54,155 nucleotides of DNA from an uncultured Enterobacter sp. (GTDB lineage Bacteria; Pseudomonadota; Gammaproteobacteria; Enterobacterales; Enterobacteriaceae), in contig CAMKZP010000001.1 of the NCBI GenBank assembly GCA_946477805.1, positions 1 through 54,155 of the forward strand. The letters are read 5' to 3'. Under the pieces are notes generated by a model that was not told the DNA's origin, did not search any database, and worked only from the letters and a program-made list of their open reading frames with translations. Of this stretch, positions 13,657-23,443 are shown piece after piece. The stretch's first letter is position 1. The number at the start of each line of letters is the position of its first letter. The position numbers were made by a program, and so were the translations under genes.

Positions 13657-14457
13657 CTACTCAACCGGATGAGAGTCTTTATGCCCCCGGGCTGCAGACT
13701 CTCGTTTATCCTGGTGATGGTACCAGGCTTTGAAATACTTTAAGAAGCTGTATAGGGTGGCATAAAGCCCTGTCACTACTCCAGTCTTCCCCTGCCGCCA
13801 CGCACCGCTAAACACATACCATTTAAAAAAAGCACCAACAGCGCTGATCGCGCCACGCGCGATTGAAGGCCTGAGGGTTTGATATTGTACGACCCGGGTA
13901 GTGTAGGCATTCAACTTATTAAAAACTTCATGCAAAGAATAGAATGTGTCATGTCGAACGTGTCCCGGTATTCGCGTCACCCGGGCAGCCCCGGTTGCTT
14001 TATCATCCACGGGGCGATTGTTAAATTTGACATAACGGCGATGGAACAGTCTTAAGGGGAAATCAGGAGAGGAAATCGGATAAATTGTTCGGGTTTGCTC
14101 GCCTAATACATACCAGTATCGAGACAGGCTCCAGCCGCTGTCGGCGGGCGGTTCCTCACCGGACTTTAGCGCCAGGATATAGTCAAGAGTGGTTTCATCA
14201 AGTATTTCATCACTGTCTACGCATAGTACCCAGTCGTTAGATGACCGTGAAATAGCCATATTCATCTGTTCACCATGCATAGCATACGGATGATATATTG
14301 GCGCGATCCCATATCCCTCAAGAATAGATAACGTCTTATCTGAGCTCCCGGAGTCGATAACCACCATCTCATCTGCAATACGTATTAAAGGAGTTAATAC
14401 CTGATGTAGCAAACGAGCAGAATTGTATGTCAAAAGACATACGGTTAGCCTGAACAT
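13657..14457 (-). CDS. Glycosyltransferase family 2, WaaE/KdtX-like
   Basis: VVIDSGSSDKT and DSDE (DxD) motifs; aligns by eye with WaaE at 31413. Confidence 0.85.
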   Translation of the reverse strand: MFRLTVCLLTYNSARLLHQVLTPLIRIADEMVVIDSGSSDKTLSILEGYGIAPIYHPYAMHGEQMNMAISRSSNDWVLCVDSDEILDETTLDYILALKSGEEPPADSGWSLSRYWYVLGEQTRTIYPISSPDFPLRLFHRRYVKFNNRPVDDKATGAARVTRIPGHVRHDTFYSLHEVFNKLNAYTTRVVQYQTLRPSIARGAISAVGAFFKWYVFSGAWRQGKTGVVTGLYATLYSFLKYFKAWYHHQDKRESAARGHKDSHPVE

Positions 14458-14748
14458 GGGTTCTCCCGAACGGTATCAATTTAATTTTAATACGATAGCG
14501 CCGGCGATCGTTATTGTCACTTCCGGATCTGAACCTTATTTTTTATTTTCGTGATATTGCTGCCACGCTCGAAAAAGTGAACCGTGCTCGGGCAGAGGGC
14601 AAAACCGCGCAGCCTCTGCAGAAACAATAACGCACTGTTAAATAAGAATATTTTAACACTCAACCCTCTTCCTTTTCACAATCATTCCTTTTCGTTAACG
14701 TTACGATTATACTAGCCGCAATATAATATTTATTTTGGTTCAGCGCTC

Positions 14749-15846
14749 ATGAAGAAAATAATCGGTTATCTTAAGGAAATTAACAGACAACGAAACCATA
14801 AAACTAAAGAATTAAAAAGACGGTTAAAACTTCTTAGCGTATCGCGACGTCTTCAGGATAAGCGTCAGCAAAAAATTGACGTCACTAGCGTGAAGCGGAT
14901 CCTTATCCCTTTTGTCGATCTTGGCATTGGCGATGCGGTTTGCCACACGGGTACCTGGCGTAGCCTGAAAAAGGCGGGCTATATTCTGCAGGTCATTGTT
15001 GAGGAGCGTAATCGCGATCTGTTTGAAAAGATGCCGGACATTGACGAAGTCTATGTTATTAATATTAATAATATAGATGCGATGAAGGTCATCGAAACCG
15101 ATCTGGTGATAAGCCATTACTCATGGATGAAGAGAAAAGAGCTCTTAAATACTCAACTCCTGCGTAAAATAGATTATAAATACGCCGTCGGATTTGGTGG
15201 CTGGCTGGACAAGCCTTATAACTTAATGTTGCCTGTACGTTCTGAATTCCACATTACCCATCCCCAGAAGCAAATACTCAACGTCCTGAACGTTGAGCCA
15301 GACGCCTCTGGCTACTTCTTACCCGTGTTGCCTGAGTATGAAGCATTTATTGATGATTATCTTGCGCCCCATACCGGCAAACACATTGTTGTGCTTAATC
15401 CCTTTGCAAGCGTGGCGGAACGCAGCCTCTCGCTCCCTCAACTCGAAACGCTGGCCCGGGAGATTGTGCAGTACCCGGATACCCAGGTCTTTATCATCGG
15501 TGAAGGCAAAAAGCTCGCAGACCTGCATTTTGACGATGCAAACATTACGGTGTGTCGATTCAAATCGCTCTGGGATGCAATTACGCTCATCAAAAAAGCT
15601 GACGTAGTGGTCTCTGTTGATACGGCAATTGTGCATATCGCCTGTGCATTTGATAAAAAACTTATTGCCGTCTATTTTTCTATGCTGCTGGATCATAATA
15701 AAAACTACGAGGGGAATACGATATTTGCCCCCATCGGTAAAAACGCTGAACAGCTGATTTATGATAAGCGCCACAATAAAATTGATATCAATGATATTGC
15801 GTCAAAAGTCCTGGCCAAGCTTGGCCTCGATAAAACGGCCACATAG
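14749..15846 (+). CDS. Glycosyltransferase family 9 (heptosyltransferase-like)
   Basis: GIGDAV N-terminal motif, VLNPFAS and VVSVDTAIVHIACAFDK GT9 motifs; basic N-terminal extension; AT-rich. Confidence 0.85.
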   Translation: MKKIIGYLKEINRQRNHKTKELKRRLKLLSVSRRLQDKRQQKIDVTSVKRILIPFVDLGIGDAVCHTGTWRSLKKAGYILQVIVEERNRDLFEKMPDIDEVYVININNIDAMKVIETDLVISHYSWMKRKELLNTQLLRKIDYKYAVGFGGWLDKPYNLMLPVRSEFHITHPQKQILNVLNVEPDASGYFLPVLPEYEAFIDDYLAPHTGKHIVVLNPFASVAERSLSLPQLETLAREIVQYPDTQVFIIGEGKKLADLHFDDANITVCRFKSLWDAITLIKKADVVVSVDTAIVHIACAFDKKLIAVYFSMLLDHNKNYEGNTIFAPIGKNAEQLIYDKRHNKIDINDIASKVLAKLGLDKTAT

Positions 15847-15847
15847 T

Positions 15848-15871
15848 AAAAAGGGGCCCAGGCCCCTTTTT
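15848..15871. terminator. Bidirectional intrinsic terminator (GT9 / tdh)
   Basis: AAAAAGGGGCC-CA-GGCCCCTTTTT. Confidence 0.85.
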
Positions 15872-15873
15872 CA

Positions 15874-16902
15874 TTACTTATCCCAGCTCAGAATAACTTT
15901 CCCAGACTGGCCTGAGCGCATCGCGTCAAAGCCCTGCTGGAACTCATCGATAGAGAAACGATGAGTAATGATCGGGGAGAGATCCAGGCCGGACTGGATC
16001 AGCGCCGCCATTTTGTACCAGGTCTCGAACATTTCGCGGCCATAGATGCCTTTGATGAACAGCCCCTTGAAGATAACCTTGTTCCAGTCAATGGACATAT
16101 CTGACGGCGGAATACCCAGCATCGCGATGCGGCCACCGTGGTTCATGGTGTCGAGCATGGTGCGGAACGCCGGTGGCGCACCGGACATCTCCAGGCCGAC
16201 GTCAAAGCCTTCGGTCATGCCCAGCTCTTCCATCACGTCGGTCAGGCTCTCTCTGGAGACGTCCACCGCGCGGGTCACGCCCATTTTGCGCGCCAGCGAC
16301 AGGCGGTACTCGTTCACATCCGTGATCACCACGTTGCGCGCGCCCACGTGCTTCGCCACCGCTGCCGCCATAATGCCGATAGGGCCCGCGCCGGAGACCA
16401 GCACGTCTTCACCTACCAGATCAAAGGAAAGCGCGGTGTGGACCGCGTTGCCAAACGGATCGAAGATAGAGGCCAGATCGTCAGAAATGTTATCGGGGAT
16501 TTTGAACGCGTTGAAGGCCGGGATCACCAGGTATTCCGCGAAGCAGCCGGGGCGGTTTACGCCCACGCCTACGGTGTTGCGGCACAGGTGGGTGCGTCCA
16601 CCGCGGCAGTTACGGCAGTGGCCGCAGGTGATGTGACCTTCGCCAGAGACGCGATCGCCAATTTTAAAGCCTTTCACTTCCTGACCAATACCCACCACTT
16701 CGCCGACATATTCATGACCGACAACCATCGGGACCGGAATGGTTTTCTGCGACCACTGGTCCCAGTTGTAGATGTGGACGTCGGTGCCGCAGATGGCTGT
16801 TTTACGAATTTTGATCAGCAGATCGTTATGACCGACTTCCGGCTCCGGCACGTCGGTCATCCAAATCCCTTCTTCCGCTTTCAGTTTGGATAACGCTTTC
16901 AT
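15874..16902 (-). CDS. tdh: L-threonine 3-dehydrogenase
   Basis: MKALSKLK start, ICGTDVH, GHE and CGHCRNC zinc motifs, GAGPIG. Confidence 0.98.
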   Translation of the reverse strand: MKALSKLKAEEGIWMTDVPEPEVGHNDLLIKIRKTAICGTDVHIYNWDQWSQKTIPVPMVVGHEYVGEVVGIGQEVKGFKIGDRVSGEGHITCGHCRNCRGGRTHLCRNTVGVGVNRPGCFAEYLVIPAFNAFKIPDNISDDLASIFDPFGNAVHTALSFDLVGEDVLVSGAGPIGIMAAAVAKHVGARNVVITDVNEYRLSLARKMGVTRAVDVSRESLTDVMEELGMTEGFDVGLEMSGAPPAFRTMLDTMNHGGRIAMLGIPPSDMSIDWNKVIFKGLFIKGIYGREMFETWYKMAALIQSGLDLSPIITHRFSIDEFQQGFDAMRSGQSGKVILSWDK

Positions 16903-16911
16903 CACACGTCC

Positions 16912-18108
16912 TCAGGCAATTACGCCCAGCTGTTTGCCGATGCGGGTAAAGGCTTCCACCGCACGTTCAATTTGTTCAGGCGAGTGCGCCGCAGACATCT
17001 GGGTGCGGATACGCGCCTGACCTTTAGGCACCACCGGGAAGAAGAACCCGGTGACGTAAATCCCTTCTTTCTGCAGTTCGCGGGCAAAGTTCTGCGCGAC
17101 AACCGCATCGCCCAGCATCACCGGAATGATCGCGTGGTCAGCACCGGCCAGGGTAAAGCCTGCCGCGCTCATTTTTTCGCGGAACAGGCGGGCGTTGGAC
17201 CACAGACGGTCGCGCAGTTCAGCGCCTGATTCCACCATCTCCAGCACTTTGATAGAGGCAGACACGATGGCCGGGGCCAGGGAATTGGAGAACAGATACG
17301 GGCGGGAGCGCTGACGCAGCCACTCAACCACCTCTTTACGCGCCGCGGTATAGCCGCCGGACGCGCCGCCGAGCGCTTTGCCCAGCGTGCCGGTGATGAT
17401 ATCCACGCGGCCCATCACGTCGCAGTATTCGTGGGAACCGCGGCCGTTTTCGCCCACAAAGCCAACCGCGTGGGAGTCATCGACCATCACCAGCGCGTCG
17501 TATTTATCTGCCAGGTCGCACACGCCCTTCAGGTTGGCGATCACGCCGTCCATTGAGAACACGCCGTCGGTAGCGATCAGCACGTGGCGAGCGCCAGCTT
17601 CACGCGCCTCTTTCAGGCGCGCTTCCAGCTCGGCCATGTCGTTGTTGGCGTAGCGGAAACGCTTCGCTTTACACAGGCGCACGCCGTCGATGATGGAGGC
17701 GTGGTTCAGGGCGTCGGAGATAATCGCATCTTCTGCGCCGAGCAGCGTCTCAAACAGGCCGCCGTTGGCATCGAAGCAGGAGGAGTACAGAATCGCGTCT
17801 TCCATTCCCAGGAAGTTCGCCAGCTTTTGCTCAAGCTGCTTGTGGCTGTCCTGTGTCCCGCAGATAAAGCGCACGGAGGCCATACCGAAGCCGTGGGTAT
17901 CCATGCCGCTTTTCGCCGCGGCAATCAGCTCAGGGTGATTCGCAAGACCCAGGTAGTTGTTCGCACAAAAGTTGATCACGTGGCTGCCGTCGGCAACGGT
18001 GATGTCCGCCTGCTGTGCAGACGTGATAATACGCTCTTCTTTGAACAACCCTTCCGCACGTGCGGTATCGAGGTCGCTGTTTAACTGTTTGTAAAAATCA
18101 CCACGCAT
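16912..18108 (-). CDS. kbl: 2-amino-3-ketobutyrate CoA ligase
   Basis: [16 protein letters not shown] and [11 protein letters not shown]-lysine motif. Confidence 0.98.
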   Translation of the reverse strand: MRGDFYKQLNSDLDTARAEGLFKEERIITSAQQADITVADGSHVINFCANNYLGLANHPELIAAAKSGMDTHGFGMASVRFICGTQDSHKQLEQKLANFLGMEDAILYSSCFDANGGLFETLLGAEDAIISDALNHASIIDGVRLCKAKRFRYANNDMAELEARLKEAREAGARHVLIATDGVFSMDGVIANLKGVCDLADKYDALVMVDDSHAVGFVGENGRGSHEYCDVMGRVDIITGTLGKALGGASGGYTAARKEVVEWLRQRSRPYLFSNSLAPAIVSASIKVLEMVESGAELRDRLWSNARLFREKMSAAGFTLAGADHAIIPVMLGDAVVAQNFARELQKEGIYVTGFFFPVVPKGQARIRTQMSAAHSPEQIERAVEAFTRIGKQLGVIA

Positions 18109-18448
18109 TGCAATTCTCCAGACTCGGCAAATTTCGGCACATATTACCCAAACCTATACTTCATGACGAGATGACGCATTATCTCTTCTCGTTTTTGCAG
18201 CATAAATCACGCGTCACATTTGTTGCACCTACACAAAATCATTCACGCTGTATCCAGCGGCAAGCGAAAAAATCCCCGGGAGCAGGGATAACTGTGTAAC
18301 GGGGGTTTCTAAGCGCAGCCAACGGCGGGGCAGCTTGAAGGATAAAGTGTATGTCGGTGAATGGCTGAAGAGAGGTCATTGTGATGATATGATAAAGATA
18401 TTAGCGTCCGGGATTGTCCCCGGGCTCAACACTTCAAAGGTTACAGTT

Positions 18449-19381
18449 ATGATCATCGTTACCGGCGGCGCGGGCTTTATCGGCAGCAATATTATTAAGG
18501 CCCTCAATGACAAAGGCATCACCGACATTCTGGTGGTGGACAACCTGAAAGACGGCACCAAGTTCGTAAACCTGGTGGACCTGAACATCGCTGACTATAT
18601 GGATAAAGAAGACTTCCTTATCCAGATTATGGCCGGTGAAGAGCTTGGCGATATCGAAGCCATCTTCCACGAAGGCGCGTGCTCTTCCACCACCGAGTGG
18701 GACGGCAAGTACATGATGGACAATAACTATCAGTACTCTAAAGAACTGCTGCACTACTGCCTGGAACGTGAAATTCCGTTCCTGTATGCCTCATCAGCGG
18801 CCACCTACGGCGGGCGCACGTCTGACTTTATCGAATCCCGCGAATACGAGCAGCCGCTGAACGTTTACGGTTACTCCAAGTTCCTGTTCGACGAGTACGT
18901 GCGTCAGGTGCTGCCAGAAGCGAATTCGCAGATCGTCGGCTTCCGCTACTTCAACGTTTACGGGCCGCGCGAAGGCCACAAAGGCAGCATGGCGAGCGTG
19001 GCATTCCACCTGAATACTCAGTTGAACAACGGCGAAAGCCCGAAACTGTTCGAAGGCAGCGACGGCTTCAAGCGTGACTTCGTCTATGTAGGCGACGTGG
19101 CGGCCGTGAATCTGTGGTTCTGGGAAAATGGCGTCTCCGGCATCTTCAACCTGGGCACGGGCCGCGCGGAGTCCTTCCAGGCGGTAGCCGATGCCGCACT
19201 GGCCTATCACCAGAAAGGCAGCCTTGAGTACATTCCGTTCCCGGACAAACTGAAAGGGCGCTACCAGGCATTCACCCAGGCCGACCTGACCAACCTGCGT
19301 GCGGCGGGCTACGACAAGCCGTTCAAAACCGTTGCCGAAGGCGTGACGGAATATATGGCCTGGCTGAACCGCGACGCATAA
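18449..19381 (+). CDS. hldD: ADP-L-glycero-D-manno-heptose 6-epimerase
   Basis: [14 protein letters not shown] start, YGYSK catalytic motif, 310 aa (rfaD/gmhD). Confidence 0.98.
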   Translation: MIIVTGGAGFIGSNIIKALNDKGITDILVVDNLKDGTKFVNLVDLNIADYMDKEDFLIQIMAGEELGDIEAIFHEGACSSTTEWDGKYMMDNNYQYSKELLHYCLEREIPFLYASSAATYGGRTSDFIESREYEQPLNVYGYSKFLFDEYVRQVLPEANSQIVGFRYFNVYGPREGHKGSMASVAFHLNTQLNNGESPKLFEGSDGFKRDFVYVGDVAAVNLWFWENGVSGIFNLGTGRAESFQAVADAALAYHQKGSLEYIPFPDKLKGRYQAFTQADLTNLRAAGYDKPFKTVAEGVTEYMAWLNRDA

Positions 19382-19383
19382 GT

Positions 19384-20430
19384 ATGAAAATTCTGGTGAT
19401 CGGCCCGTCATGGGTGGGCGACATGATGATGTCGCAAAGTCTCTATCGCACGCTCAAGGCGCGCTATCCCCAGGCGATAATTGACGTGATGGCGCCCGCG
19501 TGGTGCCGTCCACTGCTATCGCGTATGCCGGAAGTGAATGAGGCTATCCCGATGCCGCTCGGCCACGGGGCCCTGGAAATTGGCGAACGCCGCAGGCTCG
19601 GTCACACCCTGCGCGACAAACGCTACGACCGCGCCTGGGTGCTGCCAAACTCCTTCAAATCTGCCCTGGTGCCTTTCTTTGCTGGCATACCGCACCGCAC
19701 CGGCTGGCGCGGTGAAATGCGCTACGGACTGCTGAACGACGCGCGGGTGCTAGACAAAGAGGCCTGGCCGCTCATGGTGGAACGCTACGTGGCGCTGGCC
19801 TACGATAAAGGCGTCATGCGCAGCGCGAAAGACCTGCCGCAGCCGCTGCTTTGGCCGCAGCTACTGGTCAACGAGGGTGAGAAATCCCAGACGTGCAGCG
19901 CCTTTGGCATATCGTCTGAACGCCCAACAATCGGCTTCTGCCCCGGCGCCGAATTCGGCCCGGCAAAACGCTGGCCGCACTATCACTATGCCGCGCTGGC
20001 GAAACAGCTGATCGATGAAGGCTATCAGATTGTCCTGTTCGGCTCGGCAAAAGACCACGATGCAGGGAACGAAATCCTCGCGTCGCTCAGCGTTGAACAG
20101 CAGGCCTGGTGCCGCAACCTGGCCGGCGAAACGGAGCTGGAGCAGGCGGTTATCCTGATTGCCGCCTGCAGGGCCGTCGTCACCAACGACTCCGGGCTGA
20201 TGCACGTGGCCGCCGCGCTGGATCGCCCGCTGGTGGCGCTGTATGGCCCAAGCAGCCCCGACTTCACGCCGCCGCTGTCGCATAAAGCGCGGGTCATTCG
20301 CCTGATTGACGGTTACCACAAGGTGCGTAAGGGCGAGGGTGCAGAAGGCTATCACCAGAGCCTGATTGACATTACGCCAGAGCGCGTGCTCGAGGAGCTC
20401 AACGCGCTGCTGTTGAGCGAAGAAGGATAA
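19384..20430 (+). CDS. waaF: LPS heptosyltransferase II
   Basis: MKILVIGPSWVGDMMM start, CPGAEFGPAKRWP, NDSGLMH. Confidence 0.97.
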   Translation: MKILVIGPSWVGDMMMSQSLYRTLKARYPQAIIDVMAPAWCRPLLSRMPEVNEAIPMPLGHGALEIGERRRLGHTLRDKRYDRAWVLPNSFKSALVPFFAGIPHRTGWRGEMRYGLLNDARVLDKEAWPLMVERYVALAYDKGVMRSAKDLPQPLLWPQLLVNEGEKSQTCSAFGISSERPTIGFCPGAEFGPAKRWPHYHYAALAKQLIDEGYQIVLFGSAKDHDAGNEILASLSVEQQAWCRNLAGETELEQAVILIAACRAVVTNDSGLMHVAAALDRPLVALYGPSSPDFTPPLSHKARVIRLIDGYHKVRKGEGAEGYHQSLIDITPERVLEELNALLLSEEG

Positions 20431-20433
20431 CGG

Positions 20434-21417
20434 ATGCGGGTACTGATCGTTAAAACCTCTTCGATGGGCGATGTCCTGCACACGCTGCCGTCGCTGACGG
20501 ACGCCATGCGGGCCATCCCCGGCATTCGTTTTGACTGGGCGGTGGAAGAAGGCTTCGCGCAGATCCCCACCTGGCATGAAGCGGTTGACCGCGCGATCCC
20601 GGTGGCGATTCGCCGCTGGCGTAAGGCCTGGTTCTCCGCGCCGGTTAAAGCCGAGCGCAAAGCCTTTCGCGATGCGGTGCAGGCTCAGCGTTACGATGCC
20701 ATCATCGACGCGCAGGGTTTGGTCAAAAGCGCCGCGCTGGTAACGCGTCTGGCGCACGGCGTAAAGCACGGAATGGACTGGCAAACCGCCCGCGAGCCGC
20801 TGGCAAGCCTGTTCTATAACCGTCGCCACCACATCGCAAAGCAGCAGCACGCCGTCGAACGTACCCGTGAACTCTTTGCAAAAAGCCTGGGCTATGCGAA
20901 ACCGGAAACCCAGGGTGATTACGCCATTGCGCAGCATTTTTTGAGCGGTACCGATCAACAAACGCAGCCCTATCTCATCTTCCTGCATGCCACAACGCGC
21001 GACGATAAGCACTGGCCGGAAACGCACTGGCGCAGACTGATTGAACTAATGCAACCTACCGGTATCCATATTAAACTGCCGTGGGGCGCAGAACATGAGC
21101 GACAGCGTGCTGAACGTCTCGCCGCGGGTTTCTCGCACGTGGACGTTTTGCCCAAACTCACGCTGGCGCAAGTAGCCGCCGAGCTCGCGGGAGCGAACGC
21201 TGTCGTTTCTGTTGATACGGGCTTAAGCCATCTGACTGCAGCGCTGGATCGGCCAAACATCACGATTTTTGGCCCGACCGATCCCGGTTTGATCGGGGGT
21301 TACGGTAGAAACCAGCATCAGATGGTTAGCCCGACTCAGCAAACGGGGGATATTAGTGCAGATGCTATTTTTTCATTTTTACAGAGCAGCCATTGGCTTT
21401 CCAACAGGGATATTTAA
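20434..21417 (+). CDS. waaC: LPS heptosyltransferase I
   Basis: MRVLIVKTSSMGDVLH start, DAQGLVKSA, VDTGLSH. Confidence 0.97.
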   Translation: MRVLIVKTSSMGDVLHTLPSLTDAMRAIPGIRFDWAVEEGFAQIPTWHEAVDRAIPVAIRRWRKAWFSAPVKAERKAFRDAVQAQRYDAIIDAQGLVKSAALVTRLAHGVKHGMDWQTAREPLASLFYNRRHHIAKQQHAVERTRELFAKSLGYAKPETQGDYAIAQHFLSGTDQQTQPYLIFLHATTRDDKHWPETHWRRLIELMQPTGIHIKLPWGAEHERQRAERLAAGFSHVDVLPKLTLAQVAAELAGANAVVSVDTGLSHLTAALDRPNITIFGPTDPGLIGGYGRNQHQMVSPTQQTGDISADAIFSFLQSSHWLSNRDI

Positions 21418-21420
21418 CCC

Positions 21421-22530
21421 ATGAGTTACGTATTTCTGCTGATTTTACTCTTTCCGGTGAAGATCATCCGGAAGCTGTTCCGGAAAGACACAGGTAAAAA
21501 CCTTGTCATTCAGACAGCCAAAATCGGTGATTTTGTTAACGCAACGCCTCTTCTGGCGTACCTGCAAAAAAGCGATGTGCTGATCAGTCGCGGCGTGGGT
21601 GCGCTGGCGAAGCATGATGAAACCATCGACCAGATCTACTTCATTGAGCAGCACAAGCGCAGCCTGTGGCGTAAGCTCTGCTTTGCCTGCAGGATCATGA
21701 ATCGCTATGACAACGTGTATCTCCTGCAGCCCAATAACGTAAATCTTTTTTTCGCCTCCGCATGTAATGCAAAAAATAAGCAATTTTTAAGCATTTATAC
21801 CCGCAGATGGTATCAGGGGATTTTCTATACAACAGCTGACGGTATCGTTGAGCACGGTAAACGGACGCTGTCGGTGACGAACTACCTGAAACTGGCGGAT
21901 CGGTCACTCACGTGGCAAGACTCACCCAAGCACGCCACAAAACCCCTCTTCAAGCCTGCAAGCTATCCGCCAGCCCTCGATAAACCCGGCGTGATCCGCA
22001 TCGGGATCAGCATTGCGGCGGGGAATAAGGCCAAAACCGTTCCGCCGGTCATCTGGAAGCGAATTATCGATCGCCTTGCCGATTTACCCTGCGAGTTCTA
22101 CGTTTTTGGCGCCCCGAACGAACAGTCGTGGATGGACGATATCACCCGCCTTTACGGTGACATCCCGAATGTGGTTAATCTCATTGGTGACATTTCTCTT
22201 GAAGAGCTTCCCTGGGCCATTTCGAAGATGGATTGCTATATCGCCTCTGACTCCGGGAATATTTACATTGCCGACGCCGTTGGTGTGCCAATCGTTATGC
22301 TATTCGGGCCATGCTGTCACTATGAACAACGCCCTCTTGGTAACGTATTGTTGATTGGCAATGATGACAACATTTGTTCTTATGTTTTTGAAACACGTTA
22401 TTACTTTTCGCAGGAACGCGAAGAGCTATTCGGTGTTACAGAAGAAGCGTTAAGCCAGCTTAAACGCTTTATTTGTGAGTTATCGAGCGGTTATTCAATC
22501 TCCTGTAATATTGACGCCCAGGGAAACTAA
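21421..22530 (+). CDS. Glycosyltransferase family 9, LPS core
   Basis: QTAKIGDF and ASDSGNIYIADAVGVP GT9-like motifs; hydrophobic/basic N-terminus. Confidence 0.82.
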   Translation: MSYVFLLILLFPVKIIRKLFRKDTGKNLVIQTAKIGDFVNATPLLAYLQKSDVLISRGVGALAKHDETIDQIYFIEQHKRSLWRKLCFACRIMNRYDNVYLLQPNNVNLFFASACNAKNKQFLSIYTRRWYQGIFYTTADGIVEHGKRTLSVTNYLKLADRSLTWQDSPKHATKPLFKPASYPPALDKPGVIRIGISIAAGNKAKTVPPVIWKRIIDRLADLPCEFYVFGAPNEQSWMDDITRLYGDIPNVVNLIGDISLEELPWAISKMDCYIASDSGNIYIADAVGVPIVMLFGPCCHYEQRPLGNVLLIGNDDNICSYVFETRYYFSQEREELFGVTEEALSQLKRFICELSSGYSISCNIDAQGN

Positions 22531-22534
22531 ATTT

Positions 22535-23443
22535 ATGGCTTTTCTTAGCGTCATTATTGCCGCGCATAATGCCCAGGATACACTTCATTCTACGTTAGAA
22601 AGCCTGCACGCTGCGATTGATGATGCAGGTGAAGCTATTGAAGTTATTATCTTTAATGACAGCTCCGATGATACCACACAGGATATCGTTGACTTTTGGT
22701 TGCCAGCACTCCCCAATGTGCAATCCCGGTTCGTAGAATACCGCAACGTAGGCCATGTCCGGAACAGTGCACTCTCGTTGGCATCAGGCGAATATATTAC
22801 GATGCTGGACAGTGACGACCAATTGAAGCCATCCAGCCTGAAGGACGCAGTGGCTTTTCTTAAAGCACAGCGTCCAGATATGCTGCTGACGCGCTTGCTG
22901 GAAATTCGGGATATCAGAAAAATAAATTCATCCTGGCAGGGGTTTGCGCCCGTTTCATTGTCTCAGAGCGATGCGATAAAACGCTTCCTGCAGCATAAAG
23001 ATTTCCAGGCACATCTTATCGGCCAGTTTATTCATCGAAATTTATACGAGAGCAACCCCATCCCTTCGATAGTCTGCTACGAAGACTTTGCGGTATTTCC
23101 CGCAATGCTTATGCAGTCGGCTAAAATAGCCTATCAGCGGCAAGGTCACTATTACTACATCAAAACCAGAGAAAGTTTATCCAGCCGTCTCGACGCAGGC
23201 AAAATCACTACGCTTGTTGAATGCACATTACAGATGGAAAAAACGTTTCCGCAATCTTATGCAAACCTCATAAATTGTCACTGGTTTGATATATATAGCA
23301 ATCATCGACAATACCTTACAGAACAGCAACTACACCTCGTCAGGTCGCGGGTAAGTTCTCTCTATTCTTTTTCATTTTTCTTATCAAGCGAAGTTCGCTT
23401 CAGCTATAAAAAAAGGGTTATCGAAGCATTATGGAAAAAGTAA
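22535..23443 (+). CDS. Glycosyltransferase family 2, LPS outer core
   Basis: LSVIIAAHN, NDSSDD, RN..L..ASGEYITMLDSDD; ATG at 22535. Confidence 0.88.
   Translation: MAFLSVIIAAHNAQDTLHSTLESLHAAIDDAGEAIEVIIFNDSSDDTTQDIVDFWLPALPNVQSRFVEYRNVGHVRNSALSLASGEYITMLDSDDQLKPSSLKDAVAFLKAQRPDMLLTRLLEIRDIRKINSSWQGFAPVSLSQSDAIKRFLQHKDFQAHLIGQFIHRNLYESNPIPSIVCYEDFAVFPAMLMQSAKIAYQRQGHYYYIKTRESLSSRLDAGKITTLVECTLQMEKTFPQSYANLINCHWFDIYSNHRQYLTEQQLHLVRSRVSSLYSFSFFLSSEVRFSYKKRVIEALWKK

Noticed and set aside
18199-18220. Possible CRP site upstream of kbl (minus strand AAATGTGACGCGTGATTTATGC)
   Set aside because: Only one half-site matches, which is too weak to call
19861-21027. 388-aa antisense ORF over waaF/waaC, and similar long shadows at 1529-2398, 10375-11271, 39013-39930, 44529-45659, 45739-46815, 47176-47997 and 50124-51059
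   Set aside because: They lie opposite well-conserved genes and have no recognisable motifs; expected from GC-rich codon usage that depletes antisense stop codons
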